Positions 1-9,043 of a stretch of DNA of 40,340 nt are shown in pieces. The notes under the pieces were generated by a model. It did no database searches and had not been told where the DNA came from. It worked only from the letters and a program-made list of their open reading frames with translations. A program made the translations under genes and the position numbers. Position 1 is the first letter of the stretch; each line of letters opens with the position of its first letter. Source of the stretch: Puniceicoccales bacterium (GTDB lineage Bacteria; Verrucomicrobiota; Verrucomicrobiia; Opitutales; JAIRLM01); contig JAITDL010000024.1 of NCBI GenBank assembly GCA_031282565.1, forward strand, positions 1-40,340, in the 5' to 3' direction.

Positions 1-132
1 CAACAAAATAGGCCGCTGCGCCGCACTACTCGGCGTTAGAAAATTTCCCATGCGAATCAAATGCGCAACACTCCCTTGGCACGCACTGCAGAACGCACTA
101 AAAAGCGATTCAAATTAGCGAATCTGGCAAAT

Positions 133-217
133 GTTTTGGAGGCGCCGCGGTGCAGTGCTGAGCCGCTGCCAAAACATCATTTCGCGGCGCCTGGAAAAAT
201 GGCAATTACCTGCTGCC
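133..217. repeat. Diverged third copy (C) of a dispersed ~95-bp palindromic intergenic repeat
   Basis: GTTTTGGA-GGCGCCGCG(141-149)...CGCGGCGCC(183-191)-TGGAAAAATGGCA..CTGCTGCC aligns by eye with the copies at 17096-17191 and 19191-19286. It shares the same 9-bp GC arms and the GTGCAG, GCCGCT, CCAAAA and ATTTCGCGGCGCC blocks. It lies just 3' of the minus-strand glycosyltransferase gene. Confidence 0.6.
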
Positions 218-243
218 GTTGGCACGTTGCCGCGGCTCATTTT

Positions 244-2517
244 TTAGCGTAAGCGCCGCGCCACATCCTCCAGCGACTGCTCCTCCTCGGCCAGTATGCG
301 CTCGGCGGTGAATTGGTCCGGCAGCTGTTCCCGATCGCACATGGCGGCAACGGCTTCCGGACCCGCTATCATGGCATCGATGAGTTCTTCATATTTTTTG
401 AATGTCGCCGCGTTCGAGTAATTTTTTCGGATATCAGCTGCAGCTTCGCGACCGAGTGCCATGCGCCGCTGTCGATTTTCCAGCAAGTCGGCGACGGCAT
501 TTGCAAGCGCATCCACATCATTTTTCGGCGTTTGCACGCATCCAGCATTGGCAACTTCAACGTATCCAAGCTTCATCATGGCGACGGGCAGGCCATGGGC
601 CTTGGCCTCAGTTATTACCATTGGCGCGCCCTCGATCGACGATGTCATCATGAGCAGCGCTCCGTTGCGATAGTATGGCTCCACGTCGCGGAAGCTGAGC
701 ACTTCAACGGAATCTTCTATGCCCAACTCGCTCACAAGTTTGATGCAGCGGGCCTGGTAATCGCGGTCCTTGCCGACCGCCATGCCGATCATGTAGAGCT
801 TCGCATCGGGGACACGCTTTAACACTTTGGCAAATACTTCGATGGCGAGGTGCGGCCGCTTGGCGTCTTCGGTCCAACGGCTAATCCAGAGCACGTTTTT
901 GCTGTCATGCTTTGAAACCACAACGCTCTCCGGATCAAATGTGAGCGGGTTGTTCAGCACCAGCGAATTTTTGACGCCATCCTGGCGCCATTTGAAAAGA
1001 TCGATCGAAGAAAGGCAACTAACGGCCGCGCAGCCGGCGTAGGTAAGCTTCCGCCAAAGTATTACGCTCTTATCCAGGAAAACCGAACGGTAGTAGAAAT
1101 TGTGCTCCTGCATGCATATGGGCACGCCGAGAAACTTAAACATCGGGTAGGTAAACCAGTTGCCGTAGTTGATGCAAATGCAGGCATCGATTGGAATTTT
1201 TTTCGCCAGCTCGTAGATGTCGACGTTGTGCTGATGGCCGGAGGAAGCCGGTGCAATGCGCACGACGCGAACATTTTTGTTCGGCGGAAATGTCACAGCC
1301 GTGTCGCTATCGATGACCACCGTCACGTCGTAGCGCGGGTCATTGGCCCAGTGATTTGCCAGCAGCGACACAACCCGCTCGACACCGCCGACCGCCAAAG
1401 TCGGTATGCGGAGGACCAGTGAAATTTTTCCATTCGTTCCGCGTTTGGCCCTCCGTGGGAACGTCATGCTATTCGCCGCGACAGTCGCCCACGGAGGAAA
1501 CTGTTCCAGCATGGATGAAAAAATCTCAAACTGCATCTCGTCAGGAAACTCCGCCAGGTATGAACGAAAAAGGTCCAGGCCATCGGGGAAAGGTAGCCGG
1601 GCAATGATTGAGAGAAAGCGCCTGGCGGCCACAGACCTAACTTGCTTTGCCAATTCAAAATTGGCCGTGCCCTTTTCCTGATCCACCAAAATTTCCGCAA
1701 CTTTGGCGGAATTCATTACAAAATGCTTTGCGCAGCTCCTATTTAAAGATGCATTGCGGCAGATGCCAGTGCCGAGGTAGTGGCGGTAGCCGATGTCGCG
1801 AATTCCAACGCAGTTGCGCGAATCCCTGAACGCATTCCAAAGAATTGCCAGGTCCTCAACGTAAACTATTGTCTGGCCATCGGCGTAGGGCATGAGACGC
1901 TTGGCTGCATTGCGCATGACTTTGCCGGAAAATAATTTATTCCACAAATACCAGACGCTGCCTTCTCCGGCGATGGACGGCAGCAGCTCATCCTTTTCCA
2001 GCAAATAGTCATCGGGATCGAGCGGCGCACCGGCGGCACTGCGTGTCCCATTCTTAACGTATTCCGTGCAAAAGTGTACGCAGTCGGCCTTTGCCTTTGC
2101 TGCCCTACGACTCGCAACCCGCGCTATGTCCGGAAGAAGTTCATCGTCGGCATCCAGCCAGAGCACGTAGCGGCCGCGCGATGCGGCAATTGCCTCCAGC
2201 CGAGCACGAAAAGTTCCGCGATTTAGGGAATCCGTTATAACGGAAATGCGCTTGTCCAGCTTTGCATATTCCCGCAAAATTTCCGCCGTGCCGTCCGTTG
2301 ATCCGTCGTCAACGCAGATGATTTCAATTCGCCTAAGCGTTTGGCTGCGCGCACTGTCCAAAGCCCTCGCCAGGTAGGTTTCGCCATTGTAGACCGGCAC
2401 GAGAACTGACACCAGCGGCGGCCTGCGATGCCAGACGACGGAAGCAAACGCCGCGGAGACCAATAAAACCGCCGGCAGCAAAAATCGCCGACCTAGATGG
2501 AACTTACAATTTTGCAT
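244..2517 (-). CDS. Membrane-anchored bifunctional glycosyltransferase (N-terminal GT2 domain fused to C-terminal GT1/GT4 domain)
   Basis: 757-aa ORF. N-terminal TM helix FLLPAVLLVSAAFASVVW. GT2 signature VLVPVYNGETYLARALDSARSQT..IICVDDGSTDGT and DxD-like WLDADDE. C-terminal GT4-type E-x7-E region SSIEGAPMVITEAKAHGLPV. Confidence 0.8.
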   Translation of the reverse strand: MQNCKFHLGRRFLLPAVLLVSAAFASVVWHRRPPLVSVLVPVYNGETYLARALDSARSQTLRRIEIICVDDGSTDGTAEILREYAKLDKRISVITDSLNRGTFRARLEAIAASRGRYVLWLDADDELLPDIARVASRRAAKAKADCVHFCTEYVKNGTRSAAGAPLDPDDYLLEKDELLPSIAGEGSVWYLWNKLFSGKVMRNAAKRLMPYADGQTIVYVEDLAILWNAFRDSRNCVGIRDIGYRHYLGTGICRNASLNRSCAKHFVMNSAKVAEILVDQEKGTANFELAKQVRSVAARRFLSIIARLPFPDGLDLFRSYLAEFPDEMQFEIFSSMLEQFPPWATVAANSMTFPRRAKRGTNGKISLVLRIPTLAVGGVERVVSLLANHWANDPRYDVTVVIDSDTAVTFPPNKNVRVVRIAPASSGHQHNVDIYELAKKIPIDACICINYGNWFTYPMFKFLGVPICMQEHNFYYRSVFLDKSVILWRKLTYAGCAAVSCLSSIDLFKWRQDGVKNSLVLNNPLTFDPESVVVSKHDSKNVLWISRWTEDAKRPHLAIEVFAKVLKRVPDAKLYMIGMAVGKDRDYQARCIKLVSELGIEDSVEVLSFRDVEPYYRNGALLMMTSSIEGAPMVITEAKAHGLPVAMMKLGYVEVANAGCVQTPKNDVDALANAVADLLENRQRRMALGREAAADIRKNYSNAATFKKYEELIDAMIAGPEAVAAMCDREQLPDQFTAERILAEEEQSLEDVARRLR

Positions 2518-2585
2518 ACGCCTCTAGGAGAAGCATATGCGCGAAATTTTTCCACAGTCCATAAAAACCTTGGGGCAAAGGAATT

Positions 2586-3542
2586 CTAATTCGTCCCGAC
2601 GAAAAGATCGTCATTGTCGAACAGATTCAGCAGATCGACGTCAAACTGGGACTTTGGCTGCGGCGTAATCGGCGCCCTCTGCTGCTGCGGCTTCTGCTCG
2701 ATGGGGCGCCTGGCTCCTCCGATCGAAAGCCTCTGCCCCTCGACGATGCGGTTTGGATCCGAAATGCCATTCAACTCCATGAGATCGCGCATCGCCACGC
2801 CGTATTTGGCGGCGATGATGGACAGCGTCTCGCCGCGGCTAACGATGTGGAAATTCCCCACGCCGTCGCCTGGTTTTGTCTGCGGCTGCGTCGAAATGGG
2901 GCCACCACGCGCCGTGGAAGACTGGCTTGGCTGCGTCGTCGGCCTAGTGTCCAGTGCCGTAGGAACATTTATGCGCTGGCCAACCATCAGCAGATCACCG
3001 GACAAACCATTCATCTGCCGCAGTTCGCCGACGCTGCACCCGCACGACCTTGAAATTGAACTCAACGAATCACCGCGCTGAACCACGTAGACAGAACCGG
3101 AGCCAAATCCAACGCTGCGCACGGGAATTTGCACCGACTGGCCGACGCGCAAAACGCTGGCCTTCGACGCACCATTCGCCTTCAAAACATCATCCAGCGA
3201 CACGCTAAATTTCCGAGCGATGCTCCAGTAGCTGTCACCGCGGACGGCCGTATATGTTTCAAACTCCTCCTGTGGAGGCTCTTCTGGCCGTATGGGTTTC
3301 GCACGCACGCAGACATCGTAGGACGTCTCATAGCCGAGAAGGGCCGACCGCGAGTAGGACGGGGCGATGTCCCGGCTCGCAGATTTCGATTGGCGAGTGC
3401 TTGCACAGCCGGGCTGAAAAGCCAGCAAACTTGCAAACCCGACGAACATTCCCACGTACCTTACACAGCGTCCCATAGCGCTCCGCAAAGTTGGCCTAAA
3501 TCGAAAAAAATGGCAAGCGAAATCGCGAAAAAAGGAACTCAA
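2586..3542 (-). CDS. LysM-repeat peptidoglycan-binding protein, probably a lipoprotein
   Basis: Three LysM repeats: YTAVRGDSYWSIARKFSVSLDDVLKANG, YVVQRGDSLSSISRSCGCSVGELRQMNGL and HIVSRGETLSIIAAKYGVAMRDLMELNGI. The internal Met at 3476 gives a signal peptide with lipobox-like LAFQPGCAS. The longest ORF start (3542) overlaps the murD stop by 4 nt. Confidence 0.8.
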   Translation of the reverse strand: MSSFFRDFACHFFRFRPTLRSAMGRCVRYVGMFVGFASLLAFQPGCASTRQSKSASRDIAPSYSRSALLGYETSYDVCVRAKPIRPEEPPQEEFETYTAVRGDSYWSIARKFSVSLDDVLKANGASKASVLRVGQSVQIPVRSVGFGSGSVYVVQRGDSLSSISRSCGCSVGELRQMNGLSGDLLMVGQRINVPTALDTRPTTQPSQSSTARGGPISTQPQTKPGDGVGNFHIVSRGETLSIIAAKYGVAMRDLMELNGISDPNRIVEGQRLSIGGARRPIEQKPQQQRAPITPQPKSQFDVDLLNLFDNDDLFVGTN

Positions 3543-4870
3543 TTTACGCTAATTTCACTTTTGCGCCCGCCGAACCTTACGCATAGGCCGCCCATACCGC
3601 AGTCAAACCATTCTCCACGTTCCATGTAGTTGGAAAAAAGATCAAAACTCGTGAATCCAGGGCTAAACAGGACGGCCCATCCGTCACCGCAGCCCGCGGA
3701 AAATTCGCCAATTTTTTCGAAAAGGAGCCGGTGGTCGTCCAAAATTTGCACCTTCTGGCCGAATGTTTTAGTCATTTCCGGCGCCATCTCGCCGAAGCAG
3801 ATAATTGCCGAAGCGCATTCGACTGATGGACGGAAATTTTCAAGCGGCTCACCCTTGCCGCGCCCGCAGCACAGCCAGAGACACTTCCTGCCAGTTGAAC
3901 GGACGTGCCCAATGGCCGCTGCAACGGCAGCGGAAGTCGTTGCCTTGGAATCATTCCAAATTTCAACATCCCCAACTGTTCCCCACAGCTCCAGACGGTA
4001 CGGTGGAGCCCTGAATCCGCAAATCGCTCCGTCGACGGCAGATGGATCAAATCCAATGGCAGCTAGAAGCGATCGAACCAGCACGTAATTTGCTCGCTGA
4101 TGGGCCATTGCCAATGGACCGCCAAACACGCCGCAGTGGGATAATTTTGCAATTTGCACACCATCTGGCAGTTTTTGACCAAATCTATCAGCGACAGCGG
4201 CAACATCTTCACCAACAAAGGCCGTCTTACCGCAGCGGCAGAGGAGATTAAGCTTTGCTGCCCAATATTTTTCCAGACTGCCGTGCAAATCCAGGTGATT
4301 CGGCGAAAAATTTGTCCAGATGACGTAGTCGGGAGAAAAATATTTCATGTCGTACGCTTGGAACGAGCTAACCTCGCAAATATTCCACAAATTTTCATCG
4401 GCCTCCAGGCCATCGACGGCGCCGATGAGTGGGTTGCCAACGTTGCCGGTGGCCATGCAGCGTTCTCCGAGACCACGCAGCACGTGTTCCAGCATCATGG
4501 TGGTGGAAGTCTTTCCGAGTGTTCCAGTTACTGCAATTGTTTGCCCGCCTCCACGGCGGTGCAGCTGGCAGTAGTCAAGCTCGCCAATGGTGATGCATCC
4601 TGCTGACTGCGCTTCCCTAAGCCACTGGGAGCCAATGAATCCCGGGCTGTATATCACAAACTCGTCACCGCGCGGCGTAAAATCCAGCTCCACGCCAAAT
4701 TTCGCAAATGCTCCGTTGCCGTCGAAGATTCTATGGCAAATTGATTCTTTTTTGAGGAACGCCGCCAGGGCGCGACCGGTCACGCCGTAGCCGAGCACGC
4801 AGACGGGCCTACCACGCGCAAGTTCCAGAGCTTTATTTACTTCAGAGGTCTCCAAATCCGTTGATCGCAA
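3539..4870 (-). CDS. murD: UDP-N-acetylmuramoylalanine--D-glutamate ligase
   Basis: 443 aa. N-terminal Rossmann-like VCVLGYGVTGRALAAFL, Mur-ligase P-loop IAVTGTLGKTSTTMM, and the MurD-typical ATGNVGNPL. Confidence 0.85.
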   Translation of the reverse strand: MRSTDLETSEVNKALELARGRPVCVLGYGVTGRALAAFLKKESICHRIFDGNGAFAKFGVELDFTPRGDEFVIYSPGFIGSQWLREAQSAGCITIGELDYCQLHRRGGGQTIAVTGTLGKTSTTMMLEHVLRGLGERCMATGNVGNPLIGAVDGLEADENLWNICEVSSFQAYDMKYFSPDYVIWTNFSPNHLDLHGSLEKYWAAKLNLLCRCGKTAFVGEDVAAVADRFGQKLPDGVQIAKLSHCGVFGGPLAMAHQRANYVLVRSLLAAIGFDPSAVDGAICGFRAPPYRLELWGTVGDVEIWNDSKATTSAAVAAAIGHVRSTGRKCLWLCCGRGKGEPLENFRPSVECASAIICFGEMAPEMTKTFGQKVQILDDHRLLFEKIGEFSAGCGDGWAVLFSPGFTSFDLFSNYMERGEWFDCGMGGLCVRFGGRKSEISVN

Positions 4871-4899
4871 CGGTCTCCCAGAATTTGCCCGAGAACAAC

Positions 4900-5631
4900 T
4901 TAATTCTCTTCAACGTCGTCCACATCGTTCTCTTCGTAAATGATGCGATTGCAAAATTCGCAGCGCCGCCGCGGCGAATTACCCATTCCTCCGTGATTAG
5001 ACGCCATGCGCATGTGGCAGCCAGTACAGCTAAAGCCGTCCAGACGAGCAACATAGGGCGGCTGCAGATTGGATTTGCGGAGGCAGTCGTAGGCGCCAAT
5101 CCACTCCTTCGCTATGCCATTGCGCAGGTGCAACATCATGTCCTTTACCGCCGACTTTTCACCGTCCAATTCGGCGCAGCGCGCCACAACCAGCCCGCGC
5201 TGAAGTTCCATCGTCTTATCCAGCGAATCCAATTCAACTTTGCAGCTATTGGCTTCTCCGGCTGCAACTTCGCACGACTCCACTGCGGCCAAAACACGCT
5301 CTTCGCAGGCGATTTTTCTAGCCTCCGCCGCGGCAAATTCGCCATCCAAAGCCACCTGCTGCGCAAAATTTTTCGCCCAATCCCGTTTGCGCAACAAGGA
5401 CTTCACGGAGTTTTCCAGCTCAACAAGATCTAACTCAGCCAAGCGCAACTCTTTCTGCGCATTTTTCAGCGCCGCCACCTTTAGGCCTAATTTTTCCTCC
5501 GCGGCCGAACGGCGCAGCAGCAACAGTTCGCCGTCGCGCCGTAACTTTTCGGATAACTTCTCCAGCTTCAACAACTTAGAATCGTATTGCTGGTAGAGTA
5601 GCAGCTGCTGCAAATTCCCGTCCACGGACAA
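4900..5631 (-). CDS. Coiled-coil protein with C-terminal C4 zinc ribbon (COG1579/DUF164-like)
   Basis: 243 aa. Long heptad-like Leu/Glu/Lys-rich region followed by CTGCHMRM...CEFCNRIIY (CxxC...CxxC). Confidence 0.65.
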   Translation of the reverse strand: MSVDGNLQQLLLYQQYDSKLLKLEKLSEKLRRDGELLLLRRSAAEEKLGLKVAALKNAQKELRLAELDLVELENSVKSLLRKRDWAKNFAQQVALDGEFAAAEARKIACEERVLAAVESCEVAAGEANSCKVELDSLDKTMELQRGLVVARCAELDGEKSAVKDMMLHLRNGIAKEWIGAYDCLRKSNLQPPYVARLDGFSCTGCHMRMASNHGGMGNSPRRRCEFCNRIIYEENDVDDVEEN

Positions 5632-5682
5632 CTTACGCCGAGGAGACCGTTTTTGCCGGCGCGCGTCAAATGGAAAATTTCG

Positions 5683-6153
5683 CTAGAGCTGTTTTATCTC
5701 AACATGCGCTTCTCCAAGGAGTTCGCCAACGAGCGGGTCATTGTTGTAGTCGCAGTGGTAGTAAATGCGCCCTATGCCGGCCGCTATTAGGACTTTGGCG
5801 CAATGTATACATGGGTAATGGGTTACATAGGCCGTGGATCCGGCCACGGAGGCACCCCGCTTGGCGGCGTCGCTGATTGCATTTTGTTCTGCGTGAACAG
5901 TTCCGAGCTCATGGCCGTCGCGCACGCGGGATCTGTGCGGCAAACCTGGCAAAAATCCGTTATAGCCCGATGCCACGATGCGATTGCCGTGATCTCCGGC
6001 GGTAACAATCACACAGCCAACACGTTGCCTGGCGCATGGCGAGCGGGTTGCTATGAGCATGGCGGCGGAAAGAAAATACTCATCCCAATTGGGCCGCGGA
6101 ATATGCGCTAGTACCTCCCCGAGAATTTCGTAGAGCGGTTTCTCACTGCCCAT
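5683..6153 (-). CDS. dCMP (deoxycytidylate) deaminase, ComEB-type
   Basis: 156 aa. Zinc-binding deaminase motifs VHAEQNAI and PCIHCAKVLIAAGI. Confidence 0.85.
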   Translation of the reverse strand: MGSEKPLYEILGEVLAHIPRPNWDEYFLSAAMLIATRSPCARQRVGCVIVTAGDHGNRIVASGYNGFLPGLPHRSRVRDGHELGTVHAEQNAISDAAKRGASVAGSTAYVTHYPCIHCAKVLIAAGIGRIYYHCDYNNDPLVGELLGEAHVEIKQL

Positions 6154-6202
6154 GGCAGCACAAATTTAGGACAAAAAATGGCGCAGCGGTCAAGAATTTC
6201 CG

Positions 6203-6229
6203 TTGCCTAGTCGCCGGCTAAATTACATT
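6203..6229 (+). promoter_or_regulatory. Putative sigma70-type promoter of trpS (TTGCCT-N15-TACATT), with the start codon 8 nt after the -10 box
   Basis: TTGCCT 6203-6208, TACATT 6224-6229, ATG 6238. No Shine-Dalgarno sequence in between. Confidence 0.35.
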
Positions 6230-6237
6230 TTCAAAAA

Positions 6238-7248
6238 ATGACGCCGTCGAAGAAAAAAGTGCTAGTAACTGGGCTGCAACCAACTGCAGGGATCCATCTT
6301 GGCAACTACCTCGGCGCCATACGCTCATGGGTCACGCTCCAGGAGCAGACGGAAAGTTTTTTCTTCATCGCAGACCTGCACGCGTTGACCCTGCCGCAGG
6401 ATCCAAAGCAATTGCGCACTAAGGCATTGGACTGCGTGGCCATGCTGCTTGCCTGCGGCATAAATCCTAAAAAATCCCATATTTTTCTACAATCGCAAGT
6501 GTATGGACACGCAGATTTGGCATGGATTCTTGGCTGCATGACACCAATTGGCCAACTGGAACGCATGACGCAATTTAAGGACAAAGCGTCCAGGCGCGGC
6601 GAGGACTTCATAGGGGCTGGCCTTCTCTATTATCCCGTTCTCATGGCGGCAGATATACTAATTTACGGAGCGAATTTGGTCCCCGTCGGCGACGACCAGC
6701 GGCAGCACGTGGAGTTGGCGAGAGACCTGGCTGTTAGATTTAACGGACTCCACGGCAATGCATTTCCAGTCCCTGAGGCATTTTTCCCGCCGAATTGCGC
6801 CCGCGTGATGTCGCTGCAAAATCCCTCTACGAAAATGTCGAAATCTGACCCAAATCAGTCGGGGACAGTATTTCTCAGCGACGACGAGGAAACCGTCAGA
6901 AAAAAAATTCGCGCGGCAGTGACCGATTCCGGCAAGGAAATTCGCGCGTCGGCGGACAAACCTGGCATGGCAAATCTGTTGCAGATTCTTAGCGGACTAG
7001 GCGGAAGAAAAATTGCTGAACTGGAAACGATTTACTGCGGAAGCACCTATGGAAAATTTAAGGATGCCGTTGCCGATGCCGCAGTGGAGGCGATCTGCCC
7101 CATAGGTAAAAAATTTGCCGGACTCAAAGATCAGGAAAGCACTCTCCTGGAAGTCGTTAGAGAAGGAAGAAAAGCCGCCCAGCTGCGCGCCGATGAAATA
7201 CTTGCGGCAGTTCGCGAAAAAATCGGCCTGGTCGCGGCTGGAATTTAG
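6238..7248 (+). CDS. trpS: Tryptophan--tRNA ligase
   Basis: 336 aa. Class I signature region TGLQPTAGIHLGNYLGAI and KMSKS motif (KMSKSD). Confidence 0.92.
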   Translation: MTPSKKKVLVTGLQPTAGIHLGNYLGAIRSWVTLQEQTESFFFIADLHALTLPQDPKQLRTKALDCVAMLLACGINPKKSHIFLQSQVYGHADLAWILGCMTPIGQLERMTQFKDKASRRGEDFIGAGLLYYPVLMAADILIYGANLVPVGDDQRQHVELARDLAVRFNGLHGNAFPVPEAFFPPNCARVMSLQNPSTKMSKSDPNQSGTVFLSDDEETVRKKIRAAVTDSGKEIRASADKPGMANLLQILSGLGGRKIAELETIYCGSTYGKFKDAVADAAVEAICPIGKKFAGLKDQESTLLEVVREGRKAAQLRADEILAAVREKIGLVAAGI

Positions 7249-7721
7249 TTCCTGTGGCGCATGGAGTTTGACAGTTCCCGCGCCGCTTCCATGCGCACTG
7301 TCTTCTCCCTGAGGCTGTCCCGCTTGTCGTGAAGCTGTTTCCCGCGACATAGGCCAATCTCCACTTTCACGATGCCGCGCTTGAAGTACATGCGCAGTGG
7401 AATTATCGTAAATCCCTTCCGATCAACTGCTTTTTTTAGCTGTTCGATCTCGCGGCCGTGGAGTAGCAATTCGCGGAGCCTTGTGCGCAAATGATTTGCA
7501 TCGGTACCGTGACTGTAAGCTTCGATGTCGGAACCCCATAGCATCGGTTTGCCTCCGCGGCCGATGCGAACGAAAGCCTCGGAAATCTGCGCAGCGCCGT
7601 CGCGGATGGACTTCACCTCCGTGCCCCTGAGGACGATGCCGGCCTCAAATTTTTCCAAAACAATGTAGCGGTGGAAGGCTTTGCGGTTGCAAATCTCCGC
7701 CGGGGCAGACTTCTTGCCCAT
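7245..7721 (-). CDS. smpB: SsrA-binding protein
   Basis: 158 aa. NRKAFHRYIVLEKFEAGIVLRGTEVKSIR, KGFTIIPLRMYFKRG and GKQLHDKR match the SmpB pattern. Confidence 0.9.
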   Translation of the reverse strand: MGKKSAPAEICNRKAFHRYIVLEKFEAGIVLRGTEVKSIRDGAAQISEAFVRIGRGGKPMLWGSDIEAYSHGTDANHLRTRLRELLLHGREIEQLKKAVDRKGFTIIPLRMYFKRGIVKVEIGLCRGKQLHDKRDSLREKTVRMEAARELSNSMRHRN

Positions 7722-7727
7722 GGCGCC

Positions 7728-7979
7728 CTATTCCGATGAAAGCGAGAAAATCATTTCATCGAAATCGTCTTCCTCCGATTTCTCCTCAGGCATCATGTAG
7801 GTGAGCTTCCCCTCGATGATTTCTCGCAGCGCAACATCCTCCAACTCAAGATGTTCCAGCGATTCCACTACGCTGTCGTTCTTCTTGCGCAGCTGACGGA
7901 CGCGAAGAGAAACTAAATTGATCAGTATGTTTGGGTTCTGCACCACCTGCAGCGCCTGCTTGAGATAGTCGTCCCTCAT
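7728..7979 (-). CDS. rpoZ: DNA-directed RNA polymerase subunit omega
   Basis: 83 aa. NLVSLRVRQL and VALREIIEGKL resemble the RpoZ core (..RARQ.. / ALREI.EG.). Acidic C-terminal tail. Confidence 0.7.
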   Translation of the reverse strand: MRDDYLKQALQVVQNPNILINLVSLRVRQLRKKNDSVVESLEHLELEDVALREIIEGKLTYMMPEEKSEEDDFDEMIFSLSSE

Positions 7980-7999
7980 GGTAAGCCACCTTGTCTAGA

Positions 8000-9034
8000 T
8001 TAGTCCCTCGAAGAATCAAGAATTTTAACGCAGCCGCCGAAAATTTTTTCCAAGGTGGCGGCCGTCCGCTTTCCGATGCGCAGCACGTTGCCGCGGCCAC
8101 GGACCAAAGTTTCGCGGGTGCAGGCCGACTGGGACAATTGCCAATTTGATTGCAGGAGAACCACTTCCACGTTTTCACAGCGGCCGTGCTCGACGGATGG
8201 CGGCAGTGCGCACCAGCGCTTCGGTAGCCCGAACCATGTCCATTCGACGTCAAACCCGCCGATTGGACCGCCATCCCAGCCATCCAAGAGTGCTCCGTAG
8301 CGGCGGAGAAATGGCGGAAAATATTCCGTGAAAATCCTGGTGACGAAGGCCGTAGGAAGATTGCGAATGTGCTCAGCCAGAGAAAAATCTTCGCCGCTGC
8401 GTAGCAGTGGAAGCGGGTCAAAGGAAGCAAAATTTAAGCCGTTCCACAGGTCATGAATATTTGCCGTGAGAAAATGCTGGCCGCCGTACCATCGCGCAAA
8501 TTCCTCGCCGTCACCGAGCCGCAGCGCCAATTCGAAATGCAGGTGGGCCCGATCCCTAGGAATTTCGTAGCCCTGAGCCGTACGTCCGACGGTACCAATC
8601 ACTTCTCCGGCGGCGACCACATGTCCGGAAATTGCTGATGCGGAAATAGATGCGAGATGGGCATAGATAGATAGCACTGGCATTGAGAATGATCCGTGTT
8701 CAACGACAACGTACTTGCCGTAGCTGCTTCCATCGCCGTTGTCGTTTGCGTAGACAACGGTGCCATCTGCCACGGACCTAACCACATCCAACGGCTCTCC
8801 GTCGAGTCGCCGTTTCACTGGCTTTATGTCAATTCCTCCGTGAAACTTCGTGCCGTTCTCCCTAACCAGCCCGAAACCACCGTTACAGCGTTCCGTTCCA
8901 GCATTTTGCAAATAGCGCACAGGATCCAACACGGCGCCGTTGTCCGTGGGCAGCAGCAGAGAATCGGCGCAGAGTCGGAGGCAGCCGACAAATAGGCAAA
9001 GCACAGCTGTGGCTACTTTTTTCATGGAGAGCAA
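8000..9034 (-). CDS. M23-family metallopeptidase (peptidoglycan endopeptidase-like), secreted or lipoprotein
   Basis: 344 aa. Signal peptide MKKVATAVLCLFVGC. M23 motifs HGGIDIKP, YAHLASI..G..V..GEVIGTVG and HLHFEL. The start may be the Met at 9025. Confidence 0.85.
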   Translation of the reverse strand: MLSMKKVATAVLCLFVGCLRLCADSLLLPTDNGAVLDPVRYLQNAGTERCNGGFGLVRENGTKFHGGIDIKPVKRRLDGEPLDVVRSVADGTVVYANDNGDGSSYGKYVVVEHGSFSMPVLSIYAHLASISASAISGHVVAAGEVIGTVGRTAQGYEIPRDRAHLHFELALRLGDGEEFARWYGGQHFLTANIHDLWNGLNFASFDPLPLLRSGEDFSLAEHIRNLPTAFVTRIFTEYFPPFLRRYGALLDGWDGGPIGGFDVEWTWFGLPKRWCALPPSVEHGRCENVEVVLLQSNWQLSQSACTRETLVRGRGNVLRIGKRTAATLEKIFGGCVKILDSSRD

Positions 9035-9043
9035 CTTGTTTGG

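Noticed and set aside
61-252. 63-aa ORF covering repeat copy C (also 17042-17248 and 19089-19394 minus-strand ORFs covering copies A and B)
   Set aside because: The repeat is read in different frames in different copies and the flanking residues are unrelated, so the similarity is at the nucleotide level and non-coding.
313-822. 169-aa plus-strand ORF and several other 60-150-aa ORFs inside 244-2517
   Set aside because: They are antisense or out of frame within the 757-aa glycosyltransferase ORF, which has GT2 and GT4 motifs throughout.
6154-6237. T-box or riboswitch leader upstream of trpS
   Set aside because: Only 84 nt separate the divergent genes, too short for a T-box. The promoter-like hexamers leave essentially no 5' UTR.
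7846-8430. 194-aa minus-strand ORF overlapping the M23 peptidase and rpoZ genes
   Set aside because: It lies out of frame within well-supported genes that carry clear family motifs. Its product is low-complexity (Ala/Ser/Pro-rich).
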